From a virus, in the IMG/VR virus record IMGVR_UViG_3300020183_000015, positions 69,947 to 133,946 of that record: a stretch of 64,000 nucleotides of DNA; one strand, 5' to 3'. Below the pieces are notes generated by a model, which worked only from the letters and a program-made list of their open reading frames with translations, was not told the origin of the DNA and made no database searches. Shown here in pieces: positions 50,526 to 59,105 of this stretch. The translations under genes and the position numbers were made by a program. Within the stretch, counting starts at the first letter, position 1. Every line of letters begins with the position of its first letter.

Positions 50526-52901
50526 ATGGATTTATTCAATCCACCAAAAATATTTAACTACGAAATTATGATAAAAGATTTGGACTTTTCTTCATACGAA
50601 AACCCAATTATACAAGTTGTTTGGGAAGATTTGCCAGAAAACTTTACACAAGACAAAATAAAAAGTGTTAAACATTACTTTTCAAAAAAGTATAACACAA
50701 CTAACGTAAATGTTTTAACTAAAGCAAAACAAACCCAAACTGAAGAAATGCAATCAATTGATGTTTCAGTAAACATTAGTGATGTAAACTATCAGTTGGA
50801 CTTGTTAAAAAACTTCATTGAATCAAAAGGAAACAAAGATAAGACTGATGATATTTTGTCAATCAACAGAATGGTTGAAAACAAAATGAATGGTGATGAG
50901 GAAAACCAATCTCTTTTTAATAAGTGGTATATTAGAAACATCGAGTTCTCGAACTTTTTATCATACGGTGAAAATCAAAAATTAGATTTTGATAAATTAA
51001 ATGGTATTGTAGTGGTAGAGTCAGATCCACCAAACTTCGGTGGTAAAACCGTACTAACGGTAGATCTTTTAATGTTCTTGTTCTTTAACGAAACAACAAA
51101 GACAACAAAGGTGGAAGAAATATTCAACAGGTTTTCGAACAAAGACAAAGTTCATGTTAAAGGTGAAATCACAATTGACGGTGAAGAATATGTTATTGTT
51201 AGAAACATTGAAAGAAAAATGTCTAAAAAAGGGGAATGGAATGTTAAAACTGAACTAGACTTCTTTAAAAAACTATCTGACGGAACATTATTAAACTTTA
51301 CGGGAGAACAACGAAGAGAAACTGAAGCGTTTATCAAAACTTCAATTGGGACCAAAGAAGACTTTTTAATGACCATTCTAACAACAGGGTCAAACCTTGA
51401 AGAGTTGTTGGAGTCAAAACCAACGGCCCGTGGTCAGGTTCTATCAAGATTTATGGGTCTTGAGTTTTTGAAAAAGAAAGAGGAGGTTGCTAAAGAAATC
51501 TACGGTGAATTTTCAAAACAAAAGTTGTCAAACATATATTCATCTGAACAATTAAAAGATGATATTACTACTCACGAAGAGTCAATTCAAACACTTACAA
51601 CTCAAATTGAGGAAAGTCAAAAAGAATTAACAAATGTTGAGGACGCAATTACGAAAGGTAAAAACTATCGTGATGACATGTTAAAAAAGAAACATACAAA
51701 TATTGATCAAGAAATTAGTAGATTAAACCCAACCAACACTCAAGAAGAAATCAACACGATTGATTTTGAAAAGAAGGGTTACATTTCTAAAATCAACGAA
51801 CTTAAAGTTGTTGAACCAAGTGAGTTTTACCATGAGGACAAACACGATGAGGTTAAAGAACAATATAATGAGGTCTACAAAGAGATCGTTCAGATTGATA
51901 CAAAGATTTCATCAATCAACAAATTAAAGTCTCAAGTAGAAGGTGGAATCAAGTGTGAACACTGTGGTATTGAGTTAATGAACGCAGCAATCACAAACGC
52001 AAAGATTGCGGAGTTAGATGGATTAATCGTGCAAAAAACCACAAAAACGACACTTATGCAGGATTTATCCGACAAAGAACAAAGTTTTGTTAAATTGAAA
52101 AAAGAATTTGACGAGTACGAAAAGAACAAATTGGTTAAGGAAAAATACGAGGTATCAGTTGAAAGTTGTGATTTGAAGATAAGTGTGTTGAAAGACAAAC
52201 TTAAAAGGTGGGAAGAAATTCAAGACAAGATCCAAGAAAACCAAAAGATTGACGGACAACTAATTAAGGCCGATTTGAGACTTGAGGAACTCGAGAGAGA
52301 AAAAACAAGAATTAATACTGTAATTTCAGGAAACAAAGTTTCAATTACTTTGTTAAATGAAAAGATCGATAATAACAAAAAAATGATTGTCAAAATAAAA
52401 GACGAAGAGGAGAAGGAAAAATTTTATAAGATATACTTGGAGGCTTATGGTAAAAATGGGGTTTCTAAAATTATAATGAAAACAATGATGCCACTAATCA
52501 ACTCAGAACTACAAAGACTGATGGAAGATTCTTGCTACTTCAAACTTGAAATCAGGATTAATGATAAGAATGAGGTTGAGTTCATTATGATAGATAATAG
52601 TACTGGTATTGAAAAACTTATGACAAGTGGGTCAGGTTATGAAAAGACTATTGCTTCACTAGCATTAAGATCGGTATTAACGAAGATATGTACTTTACCA
52701 AAACCAAACCTTGTCGTAATGGATGAGGTGTTTGGTAAGATCTCAAATGAAAATTTAGAAATGGTGTCTGAATTTTTCATCAAGATTAAAGAATACTTTG
52801 AAAAAGTTTTTGTAATTTCGCATAACCCTTTAATTAACAATTGGGCGGACAACATACTTAAAATAAAAAAAGAAAACAATGTATCAAAAATAAATTTATG
52901 A
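50526..52901 (+). CDS. Rad50/SbcC/gp46-like ATPase with N-terminal extension
   Basis: FSNFLSYG, NFGGKT, coiled coils, zinc hook CEHC, SGYEK, VMDEVFG, ISH. Confidence 0.9.
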   Translation: MDLFNPPKIFNYEIMIKDLDFSSYENPIIQVVWEDLPENFTQDKIKSVKHYFSKKYNTTNVNVLTKAKQTQTEEMQSIDVSVNISDVNYQLDLLKNFIESKGNKDKTDDILSINRMVENKMNGDEENQSLFNKWYIRNIEFSNFLSYGENQKLDFDKLNGIVVVESDPPNFGGKTVLTVDLLMFLFFNETTKTTKVEEIFNRFSNKDKVHVKGEITIDGEEYVIVRNIERKMSKKGEWNVKTELDFFKKLSDGTLLNFTGEQRRETEAFIKTSIGTKEDFLMTILTTGSNLEELLESKPTARGQVLSRFMGLEFLKKKEEVAKEIYGEFSKQKLSNIYSSEQLKDDITTHEESIQTLTTQIEESQKELTNVEDAITKGKNYRDDMLKKKHTNIDQEISRLNPTNTQEEINTIDFEKKGYISKINELKVVEPSEFYHEDKHDEVKEQYNEVYKEIVQIDTKISSINKLKSQVEGGIKCEHCGIELMNAAITNAKIAELDGLIVQKTTKTTLMQDLSDKEQSFVKLKKEFDEYEKNKLVKEKYEVSVESCDLKISVLKDKLKRWEEIQDKIQENQKIDGQLIKADLRLEELEREKTRINTVISGNKVSITLLNEKIDNNKKMIVKIKDEEEKEKFYKIYLEAYGKNGVSKIIMKTMMPLINSELQRLMEDSCYFKLEIRINDKNEVEFIMIDNSTGIEKLMTSGSGYEKTIASLALRSVLTKICTLPKPNLVVMDEVFGKISNENLEMVSEFFIKIKEYFEKVFVISHNPLINNWADNILKIKKENNVSKINL

Positions 52902-53389
52902 ATCCTCAGGAACTGTTTGATATTATAAAAGATGAACCGAATAAGTTACAACTTTTATTGGACACTCTTAATCTTTTAAAAAAATCTAAAAGTTTCGAAC
53001 AAGATTTGTTGACACCAGGATTTTTAAAAGAATGGTTGACATCCGAAATATTGGGTCATGAGTGTCATAAAACAAAACATGGTCCCGATGCATATTCTTT
53101 GGATGGAAGTGAAAAATACGAATACCTTTCTTGTAAAGAAGCAGGAAGTTTCCAATTCGACAGAATACATGAAGATAACTTACATAGAATTCAAAGAAAT
53201 AACTCATTCTTTTTTGCGTTATTTGACAAAGAAGACGGGTTAAAATGTGTAAAAATTTGGAAATGTGATACCGACAAAGTGTTAGAAGAGGCAAAAGTGA
53301 AAATTTCAAGAATGTCTGAAAGTTCAAAACACATTGGATTTGGTGTTAAGTGGGTTGAAGAAAATTCACAATTAGTTTATTCTGTCTAA
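52898..53389 (+). CDS. Restriction endonuclease-like (PD-(D/E)XK) protein
   Basis: E...LGH...HGPDAYSLDGSEKYEYLSCK...GSFQF. Confidence 0.45.
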   Translation: MNPQELFDIIKDEPNKLQLLLDTLNLLKKSKSFEQDLLTPGFLKEWLTSEILGHECHKTKHGPDAYSLDGSEKYEYLSCKEAGSFQFDRIHEDNLHRIQRNNSFFFALFDKEDGLKCVKIWKCDTDKVLEEAKVKISRMSESSKHIGFGVKWVEENSQLVYSV

Positions 53390-53430
53390 AAAATATTATT
53401 ATATTTGTCAAAAAATAAAAAAACATATAA

Positions 53431-53964
53431 ATGAATTACTTACTTTTTGTCTATTACGACAGTACAGTTGAAAACTCAGAAACATCCACAAATGAAATTG
53501 CAAGTAGAATTGCAGAACAAATGACATCTAAAGAAGCGAAGTTTATGTTCGGAGATAAACACGCGATATTTCACTTTGCGTCAGACATTTCAATCGAAGA
53601 AATGTCAGGGTGGGTTGATATTATCAACTACGAGTTAGATTGTTTTCAGTATTTTTTAATTCAAAAACCAAGAAGTTCTGCATCAAATATGCCAAAAGAC
53701 AACTTAGATCATTTATTATCGTTAAAGAAAACCAAACCAACAAAACTAAAACCATTAGAACCAAAGATAAATTGGGATTTCAAACCAACAAAAGATAATG
53801 GTGAAAGTTTTATGGACATCGTAGACATAGTCATAAACTCAAAAAGACCAAAAGTTTGTAACATGACTTTGGACGAGTTACTTGACAAAATCAGCTTAGA
53901 GGGAATGGAGTCTTTGACTCAGATTGAAAAACAAAAACTGGAAGAATATTCAAAATCAATATAA
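53431..53964 (+). CDS. Hypothetical protein with C-terminal DUF6576-like helix pair
   Basis: LDELLDKISLEGMESLTQIEKQKL. Confidence 0.6.
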   Translation: MNYLLFVYYDSTVENSETSTNEIASRIAEQMTSKEAKFMFGDKHAIFHFASDISIEEMSGWVDIINYELDCFQYFLIQKPRSSASNMPKDNLDHLLSLKKTKPTKLKPLEPKINWDFKPTKDNGESFMDIVDIVINSKRPKVCNMTLDELLDKISLEGMESLTQIEKQKLEEYSKSI

Positions 53965-53974
53965 TTAATAATAC

Positions 53975-54775
53975 ATGAAAGACAAAACACTAGGACCTCA
54001 CATCAATCAAGATGAAATACAATATTATCTTAAAGATATTAGAAAAATTAAAGTAATGACTCCTGAAAGGGAGAAAGAGTTAGCTAAACTAATGAAGTCG
54101 AATGAAACATCCACTTATCAAAGACAAAAAGTCGAAGAAGAACTATTAACGGGGAATCTACGATTTGTAATCACGGTTGCAAAACAATATCAGAATCAAG
54201 GATTAGACTTATCGGATTTGATTGCTGAAGGTAATTTAGGTCTTATGAAAGCGATCAAAAATTTTGATTGGAATAAAGATCTTAGATTTATATCTTACGC
54301 AGTCTGGTGGGTAAAGCAATCAATAATCCAATCTCTAAATGACAATTCACGAACAATTCGTCTTCCCGTCAATGTAGTCCAAGATTTACAGAAAGCAAAG
54401 AAAGAAGTTGAACAAACAGGAAAAAAACTTGAGGACAAGTTCGCATCTTTACCATCAATGATTGATTTAGACATGAACATCAATGAAGATGGTGATACTC
54501 TTATAGATATGATTATCAATAGAGATGCTGACGCTCCTGACGCAGTTTTTGACACAAAAGATTTGTTAAAAGAAAAATTGATTTCTTTGTTAGGTGTTCT
54601 TGATGACCGAGAAAAAATTATTGTGGAAGATTATTTTGGTTTGACTGGCACACCAAGAACCTTAGAAGACATTGGATCTGATTTTGGTTTAACCAAAGAA
54701 CGTGTACGTCAGATTAAAGAAAAAGCCCTACGTCGATTAAGAAATGACTGTAGTGAATTGTTTGACTATCTATAA
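53975..54775 (+). CDS. RNA polymerase sigma70-family factor (RpoD/RpoS type, no region 1.1)
   Basis: YLKDI, NLRFVITVAKQY, DLIAEGNLGLMKA, RFISYAVWW, RTIRLP, TLEDIG...TKERVRQI. Confidence 0.95.
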   Translation: MKDKTLGPHINQDEIQYYLKDIRKIKVMTPEREKELAKLMKSNETSTYQRQKVEEELLTGNLRFVITVAKQYQNQGLDLSDLIAEGNLGLMKAIKNFDWNKDLRFISYAVWWVKQSIIQSLNDNSRTIRLPVNVVQDLQKAKKEVEQTGKKLEDKFASLPSMIDLDMNINEDGDTLIDMIINRDADAPDAVFDTKDLLKEKLISLLGVLDDREKIIVEDYFGLTGTPRTLEDIGSDFGLTKERVRQIKEKALRRLRNDCSELFDYL

Positions 54776-54776
54776 A

Positions 54777-54877
54777 AAGGGTTGAACCGAGATTACCCTT
54801 ACAACTCGGCAGAAGGTGCCTGAAGTCACCAGGGTGAAACCCCCCAATCCTATCTATATGGTAGGATGAAACCACAC
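54777..54877 (+). ncRNA. Candidate structured RNA (H-type pseudoknot + three hairpins)
   Basis: GC-rich island. AAGGGT/ACCCTT is crossed by CCGAG/CTCGG; further stems GGTG/CACC, GGGT/ACCC and ATCCTATC/GGTAGGAT. Confidence 0.5.
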
Positions 54878-54878
54878 T

Positions 54879-54904
54879 CCCCCACTGGTACCGGTGGGGG
54901 TTTT
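54879..54904 (+). terminator. Rho-independent terminator
   Basis: CCCCCACTG-GTAC-CGGTGGGGG followed by TTTT. Confidence 0.8.
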
Positions 54905-54969
54905 ATTGTTTTATAGGGTTTATATTTGGTATCAAATCAGTTATTTTGATATTTATCTAATAAACAAGT

Positions 54970-56148
54970 TTGATGAATAAAAAATTTTTACCTTGGTTTT
55001 TATTGTTTTGTGCAATAGGACTTTCGGGAACCGCAGCCTATTACAGTGTTATAGGATTATCAATTATTTTCTCGGCAGTTGCCATTCCTGTTATTATTAT
55101 GGGTTCTTTTTTAGAGATCTCAAAAATAGCAATCGCAACCTATCTCCACGATAAATGGAAAGAAACATATGGAATATTAAAGATATATTTGACCATAGCA
55201 TTAGTAACTTTATCTGTTTTAACATCGGTTGGAATTTATGGACTACTCTCGACAGGGTTTCAAAAAAACATTGCCGGTTTGGAGATCAATAACAAGAAAA
55301 TAGAAAATATCGAAGTTAAAAAAACAAGATTTGAAGAAATCAAAGGCGATTATCAAAAAGAAAAAACAACCCTCGATAAAGACATAACAAGTCTTAGAAC
55401 CGCACTTTCAACTAACACTACCACACAAACAGTAGATAGAACAACAGGTCAAGTCATAACAAGAGCAAACGGTGGTAATCGAAAGGCATTTGAGACACAA
55501 TTAAAAGTTGCTCAGACAAATAGAGATACTTTATCTAAAAAAATTGAAGGACTTAATGACAGTATCACAAAGTTGGATTTAGAGATACTTGATCTAACTT
55601 CAAAGGAAATAGAATCTAGTGAGTTGGGTGCTATCAAATACCTTAGCGAAATTACAGGTTGGGATGTTAAAAAAACCGCAAACTTTTTCATTTTAACTTT
55701 GATTTTTGTTTTCGATCCACTAGCAATTGCTTTGGTGATATCAACCAATCAGGCCTTCAAAAATTATAGAAGAAAAGAAGAGGAAGAGATTTTTATCGAA
55801 CATGATGAGGTTGAAGTACCAGAAGGGTTATTGAGTTATGGAACTAGTGAGACAAACATTCCTGTGGAAACAGAACCGATAGTGAAATATGTAGAAGTTC
55901 CAATTGAAGTTGAAAAAATCGTTGAGGTCCCTGTTGAGGTAATCAAAGAAGTTGTTGTTGAAAAGGAAGTGATCAAAGAGGTGCCAGTTGATAGAATGGT
56001 TGAGGTAATAAGAGAAGTTCCAATAATGAAAGAGGTTGAAAAAAAATTATACATAAAAGAAAATGGTGAGATTTATGATGAAAATGGTGAATATTTTGGA
56101 TCTCAGGAACCCACACTATCAAAAAAAATATTAAAATACACTAAATAA
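54970..56148 (+). CDS. Multi-TM coiled-coil membrane protein with VEK/VPV repeats
   Basis: Three N-terminal TM helices, a long coiled coil, TM LIFVFDPLAIALV and a repeat tail. Likely start is ATG 54973. Confidence 0.7.
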   Translation: MMNKKFLPWFLLFCAIGLSGTAAYYSVIGLSIIFSAVAIPVIIMGSFLEISKIAIATYLHDKWKETYGILKIYLTIALVTLSVLTSVGIYGLLSTGFQKNIAGLEINNKKIENIEVKKTRFEEIKGDYQKEKTTLDKDITSLRTALSTNTTTQTVDRTTGQVITRANGGNRKAFETQLKVAQTNRDTLSKKIEGLNDSITKLDLEILDLTSKEIESSELGAIKYLSEITGWDVKKTANFFILTLIFVFDPLAIALVISTNQAFKNYRRKEEEEIFIEHDEVEVPEGLLSYGTSETNIPVETEPIVKYVEVPIEVEKIVEVPVEVIKEVVVEKEVIKEVPVDRMVEVIREVPIMKEVEKKLYIKENGEIYDENGEYFGSQEPTLSKKILKYTK

Positions 56149-56149
56149 T

Positions 56150-56743
56150 ATGGTCATAATTGATAACAAGTTTGAAAGAGGACTAAAAACCTCCAAAAGT
56201 AAAACTCAAATATTATTGACACACACTTCAAGAAACAAGTTAGATTACGTACAAAGTTTTAAATACAGATTGAATGGGATGTATTCCAAAATACCACATT
56301 TCATAGTTGATAGGGATGGTAAGATAATACAACTTTTGGAGACCGAAACGATCAGTAATTATTCGATAGAAAACAACATAAATAAAAACTCAATTATTAT
56401 TTCTTTAGAAAATTTGGGTTGGTTAGAAAAACAACCACTAAAAAACTATTACATTAATTGGATAGGTAATATTTATAAAGAAAAAGTTTTTGAAAAAAAG
56501 TGGAGGGATTATTTTTATTGGCAACCTTACACAGATGAACAAGTAAAACAATCTGTGAATTTGATTAAGGATTTAACAAAAAAATATGATATAAAGTTAA
56601 AATGTATCGGACATAATACAAAGTTAAAAGGTTCAGAAAAATTTCAAGGTATTTTATCTGAGTCTAATTTTGATGAGTTTTCAACCAACATGAGTCCTGC
56701 ATTTGATTATGAAAAATTTGAAAAATATTTAAAATATGAATAG
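56150..56743 (+). CDS. N-acetylmuramoyl-L-alanine amidase (Amidase_2-like), putative endolysin
   Basis: ILLTHT, PHFIVDRDGKIIQL, IIISLEN, YTDEQ, IGH, SPAFD. Confidence 0.75.
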   Translation: MVIIDNKFERGLKTSKSKTQILLTHTSRNKLDYVQSFKYRLNGMYSKIPHFIVDRDGKIIQLLETETISNYSIENNINKNSIIISLENLGWLEKQPLKNYYINWIGNIYKEKVFEKKWRDYFYWQPYTDEQVKQSVNLIKDLTKKYDIKLKCIGHNTKLKGSEKFQGILSESNFDEFSTNMSPAFDYEKFEKYLKYE

Positions 56744-57293
56744 TTACGAAGAAATAAAAAAAATTGTTGAAGCTTCAAGAAAGGCTTTAAAAAAACAAAA
56801 CATTAATGACATCTATCATATAAAAAAATCACAAGGTATTTTAAAAGAGGAAGATGAAAAGATTCAAATCGATAAGTTTTCGCAAGAAGATTTTACAAAA
56901 AATGAAGAACGAGATGAAACAAGATCTTTCAAGATTCAAGGATCAATAATAACAATACACGGATCGAAAAAATCAGAACTTCAACTAACATTAGACGAAA
57001 AAAATGCTTTCAAAGAAAGTATGGATGAATTTAGAAGTGAAATTTCAGAAATAGTTGATTTCGAACCTTTAAGTGTATACAGCAACAAGGTACAATGGTC
57101 AGGGAAAATTCCCGATAAAGAAATAAATTTTCATTTTTCAACTGACGAAACAAATGGAGTTTATATGGATGTAAAAATGTTAAAACTAGATGAGGAAATT
57201 GTTGACTTGATTGAGAAATTACAGAAATATTTTGAAAAATTTAAAATAAAATGGAATAAAATCTTGGGTACAAGAAAAGAAACAGATAAATGA
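56736..57293 (+). CDS. Hypothetical protein
   Basis: 185 aa, overlapping both neighbours. Confidence 0.7.
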   Translation: MNSYEEIKKIVEASRKALKKQNINDIYHIKKSQGILKEEDEKIQIDKFSQEDFTKNEERDETRSFKIQGSIITIHGSKKSELQLTLDEKNAFKESMDEFRSEISEIVDFEPLSVYSNKVQWSGKIPDKEINFHFSTDETNGVYMDVKMLKLDEEIVDLIEKLQKYFEKFKIKWNKILGTRKETDK

Positions 57294-57643
57294 AAGACTT
57301 TCTAAAATATAATTGGAAAACTATAACTTTTACAATCTTGGGAGTTATATTTGTTTATCTACTTGTTAGAACACTAACACCAGTGCCCGATAGATCTGAA
57401 TTGAACAAATACAAACTCGAACAATTAGATAAAAAAATAGATGAATTAAAAGGGTTACAAAAAAATTTAAATGATTCAATACAGTCTTATAATGAAAAGA
57501 TAAAAAATATTGATCAAAAAATTACAAATATCAAAGTAGAAAAAAAAGAAATTAACAATTACTACACGATAAAACAAGAAGAAATAAAAACCGCAGATAA
57601 ACAAAAAATTGATAGTTTATTAAGGGCACGATATAAATTTTAA
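57290..57643 (+). CDS. N-terminal TM + coiled-coil protein (i-spanin-like)
   Basis: Single TM helix followed by heptad repeats; near the amidase gene. Confidence 0.5.
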   Translation: MKDFLKYNWKTITFTILGVIFVYLLVRTLTPVPDRSELNKYKLEQLDKKIDELKGLQKNLNDSIQSYNEKIKNIDQKITNIKVEKKEINNYYTIKQEEIKTADKQKIDSLLRARYKF

Positions 57644-57646
57644 AAT

Positions 57647-58069
57647 ATGAAAAAACTCTTTTTAGTCTTAATGGTTTCAATGGTGACTTTAACTGTGTTT
57701 TCCCAACAAGGAAAAACAAATCCCGTAGATACTTCACAAATGTGTATACCATATTCAGTTGCCAAACAAATCCTTTTAGATTTGAATGATTATGATAAAT
57801 TGAAAGAGTTATCAAAATTGGATAAACAAGAAATTATAGAATTAAATAAAAAGATTTATTTTCTTGAGAAAACAAATTCTTCATTAGTCGTAAAAGATTC
57901 ATTAAACATTGAAGTTATAAAAGCAAAAGATGAAAAATATTCGATAGTTGATGGTGAAATAAAAGACTTAAAAAAAGAAAATAAGAGACTAAAAATTAAG
58001 AACGGTCTATTTAATATTATATCCGCTATAATAATAGTACCATTAACCTACATTGCAATAACTAAATAA
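57647..58069 (+). CDS. Signal peptide + coiled coil + C-terminal TM protein (spanin-like)
   Basis: MKKLFLVLMVSMVTLTVFS|Q and C-terminal LFNIISAIIIVPLTYIAI. Confidence 0.5.
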   Translation: MKKLFLVLMVSMVTLTVFSQQGKTNPVDTSQMCIPYSVAKQILLDLNDYDKLKELSKLDKQEIIELNKKIYFLEKTNSSLVVKDSLNIEVIKAKDEKYSIVDGEIKDLKKENKRLKIKNGLFNIISAIIIVPLTYIAITK

Positions 58070-58071
58070 AA

Positions 58072-58317
58072 ATGGCTCTTAGTCAATCAGAAAAAAGGGA
58101 AATCGAGTCTCTAATAAAAAAAGAGATGAAAGATTTTTTTGGATCAAACACAATGAAACAGTTTGAAGACAAGTTGATTGATAAAATTTCAAGGGACATG
58201 CAACGTGGTAAATTGGAAAAAGATGTAAAAGAATTAATAATAAAATCATTCCGAGAATTTTACACAGTAATGTATCAACAGAGAAGTTTTTGGGAATCTA
58301 AATTAAAAGGGATATAA
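58072..58317 (+). CDS. Hypothetical protein
   Basis: 81 aa, coupled to the next gene. Confidence 0.7.
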   Translation: MALSQSEKREIESLIKKEMKDFFGSNTMKQFEDKLIDKISRDMQRGKLEKDVKELIIKSFREFYTVMYQQRSFWESKLKGI

Positions 58318-59081
58318 TGGAAGATAATTTATCAAACAAACTCAAAGACAGTATAACAAGAGAGTTAGCTGGTTATCCCGATGCAAGAAGAGAGATCATA
58401 AATAAATTTCCCGTTAGTGAAGGAAAACATTTAGATTTTCTCAAAGACGTTGACAGTATTTCTGAAATAAGAAAATTAATAAGTAATAAAAAATTGTCTA
58501 ACAGACAAATAAAAAATCACATACGTGAATTTTTGAAAAATCCCGATGAACTAATACAGTTTTTAGAAACCATGTTAGAAAATACGGGTAGTAAAAAAGA
58601 AGAGTCTAAAGAGGCAACAGGAACAGGAGGTTCAGGGGCTTTTGTTACAAAAATGGGGTCTCAACCTGACGAATATGTAAATAAAGTACCCACCGTAAGA
58701 GAATCTGAAGAATATTGCGATTCTAGTGAAAGAGTTAAGTCAAAATGTGTTTGTGAAAAACCAAAAAAAACAGAGACTAAAGAAGCGACAGGATCGGCAT
58801 CTTCAGGGTCCTATTCTCAGCCAGCAATTTGGGCAAAATCAATGAATAAAAAAGATTTTGCTGGTTACAAAAAACCTTTATACAAAGGAGGTAAATTTGT
58901 ACAAGTTAAAAAAAAATGTAAAAAGTTCCCATATTGTAACCAAGGGGATATAAAGGCTCTCAAAATTTTCGAAAATGAGAACGTACAAAATGCTATAGAC
59001 AGTGTCTCGAGCAGGTTTAAAATTGATAAATCTATTATTTCGGAATTGGTGTTCCAAAAAATAAGAAAAAGCATAAAGTAA
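58317..59081 (+). CDS. Hypothetical protein with duplicated KEATGxxxSG motif
   Basis: KEATGTGGSGAF and KEATGSASSGSY; CKKFPYCNQG. Confidence 0.7.
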   Translation: MEDNLSNKLKDSITRELAGYPDARREIINKFPVSEGKHLDFLKDVDSISEIRKLISNKKLSNRQIKNHIREFLKNPDELIQFLETMLENTGSKKEESKEATGTGGSGAFVTKMGSQPDEYVNKVPTVRESEEYCDSSERVKSKCVCEKPKKTETKEATGSASSGSYSQPAIWAKSMNKKDFAGYKKPLYKGGKFVQVKKKCKKFPYCNQGDIKALKIFENENVQNAIDSVSSRFKIDKSIISELVFQKIRKSIK

Positions 59082-59105
59082 AGATATTTATTTAAAAAAG
59101 ATAAA

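Noticed and set aside
54819-54850. Hammerhead ribozyme (CTGAAGT...GAAAC)
   Set aside because: The core reads CUGAAGU rather than CUGANGA, and stems I/III cannot be closed convincingly. Kept only as an unclassified RNA candidate.
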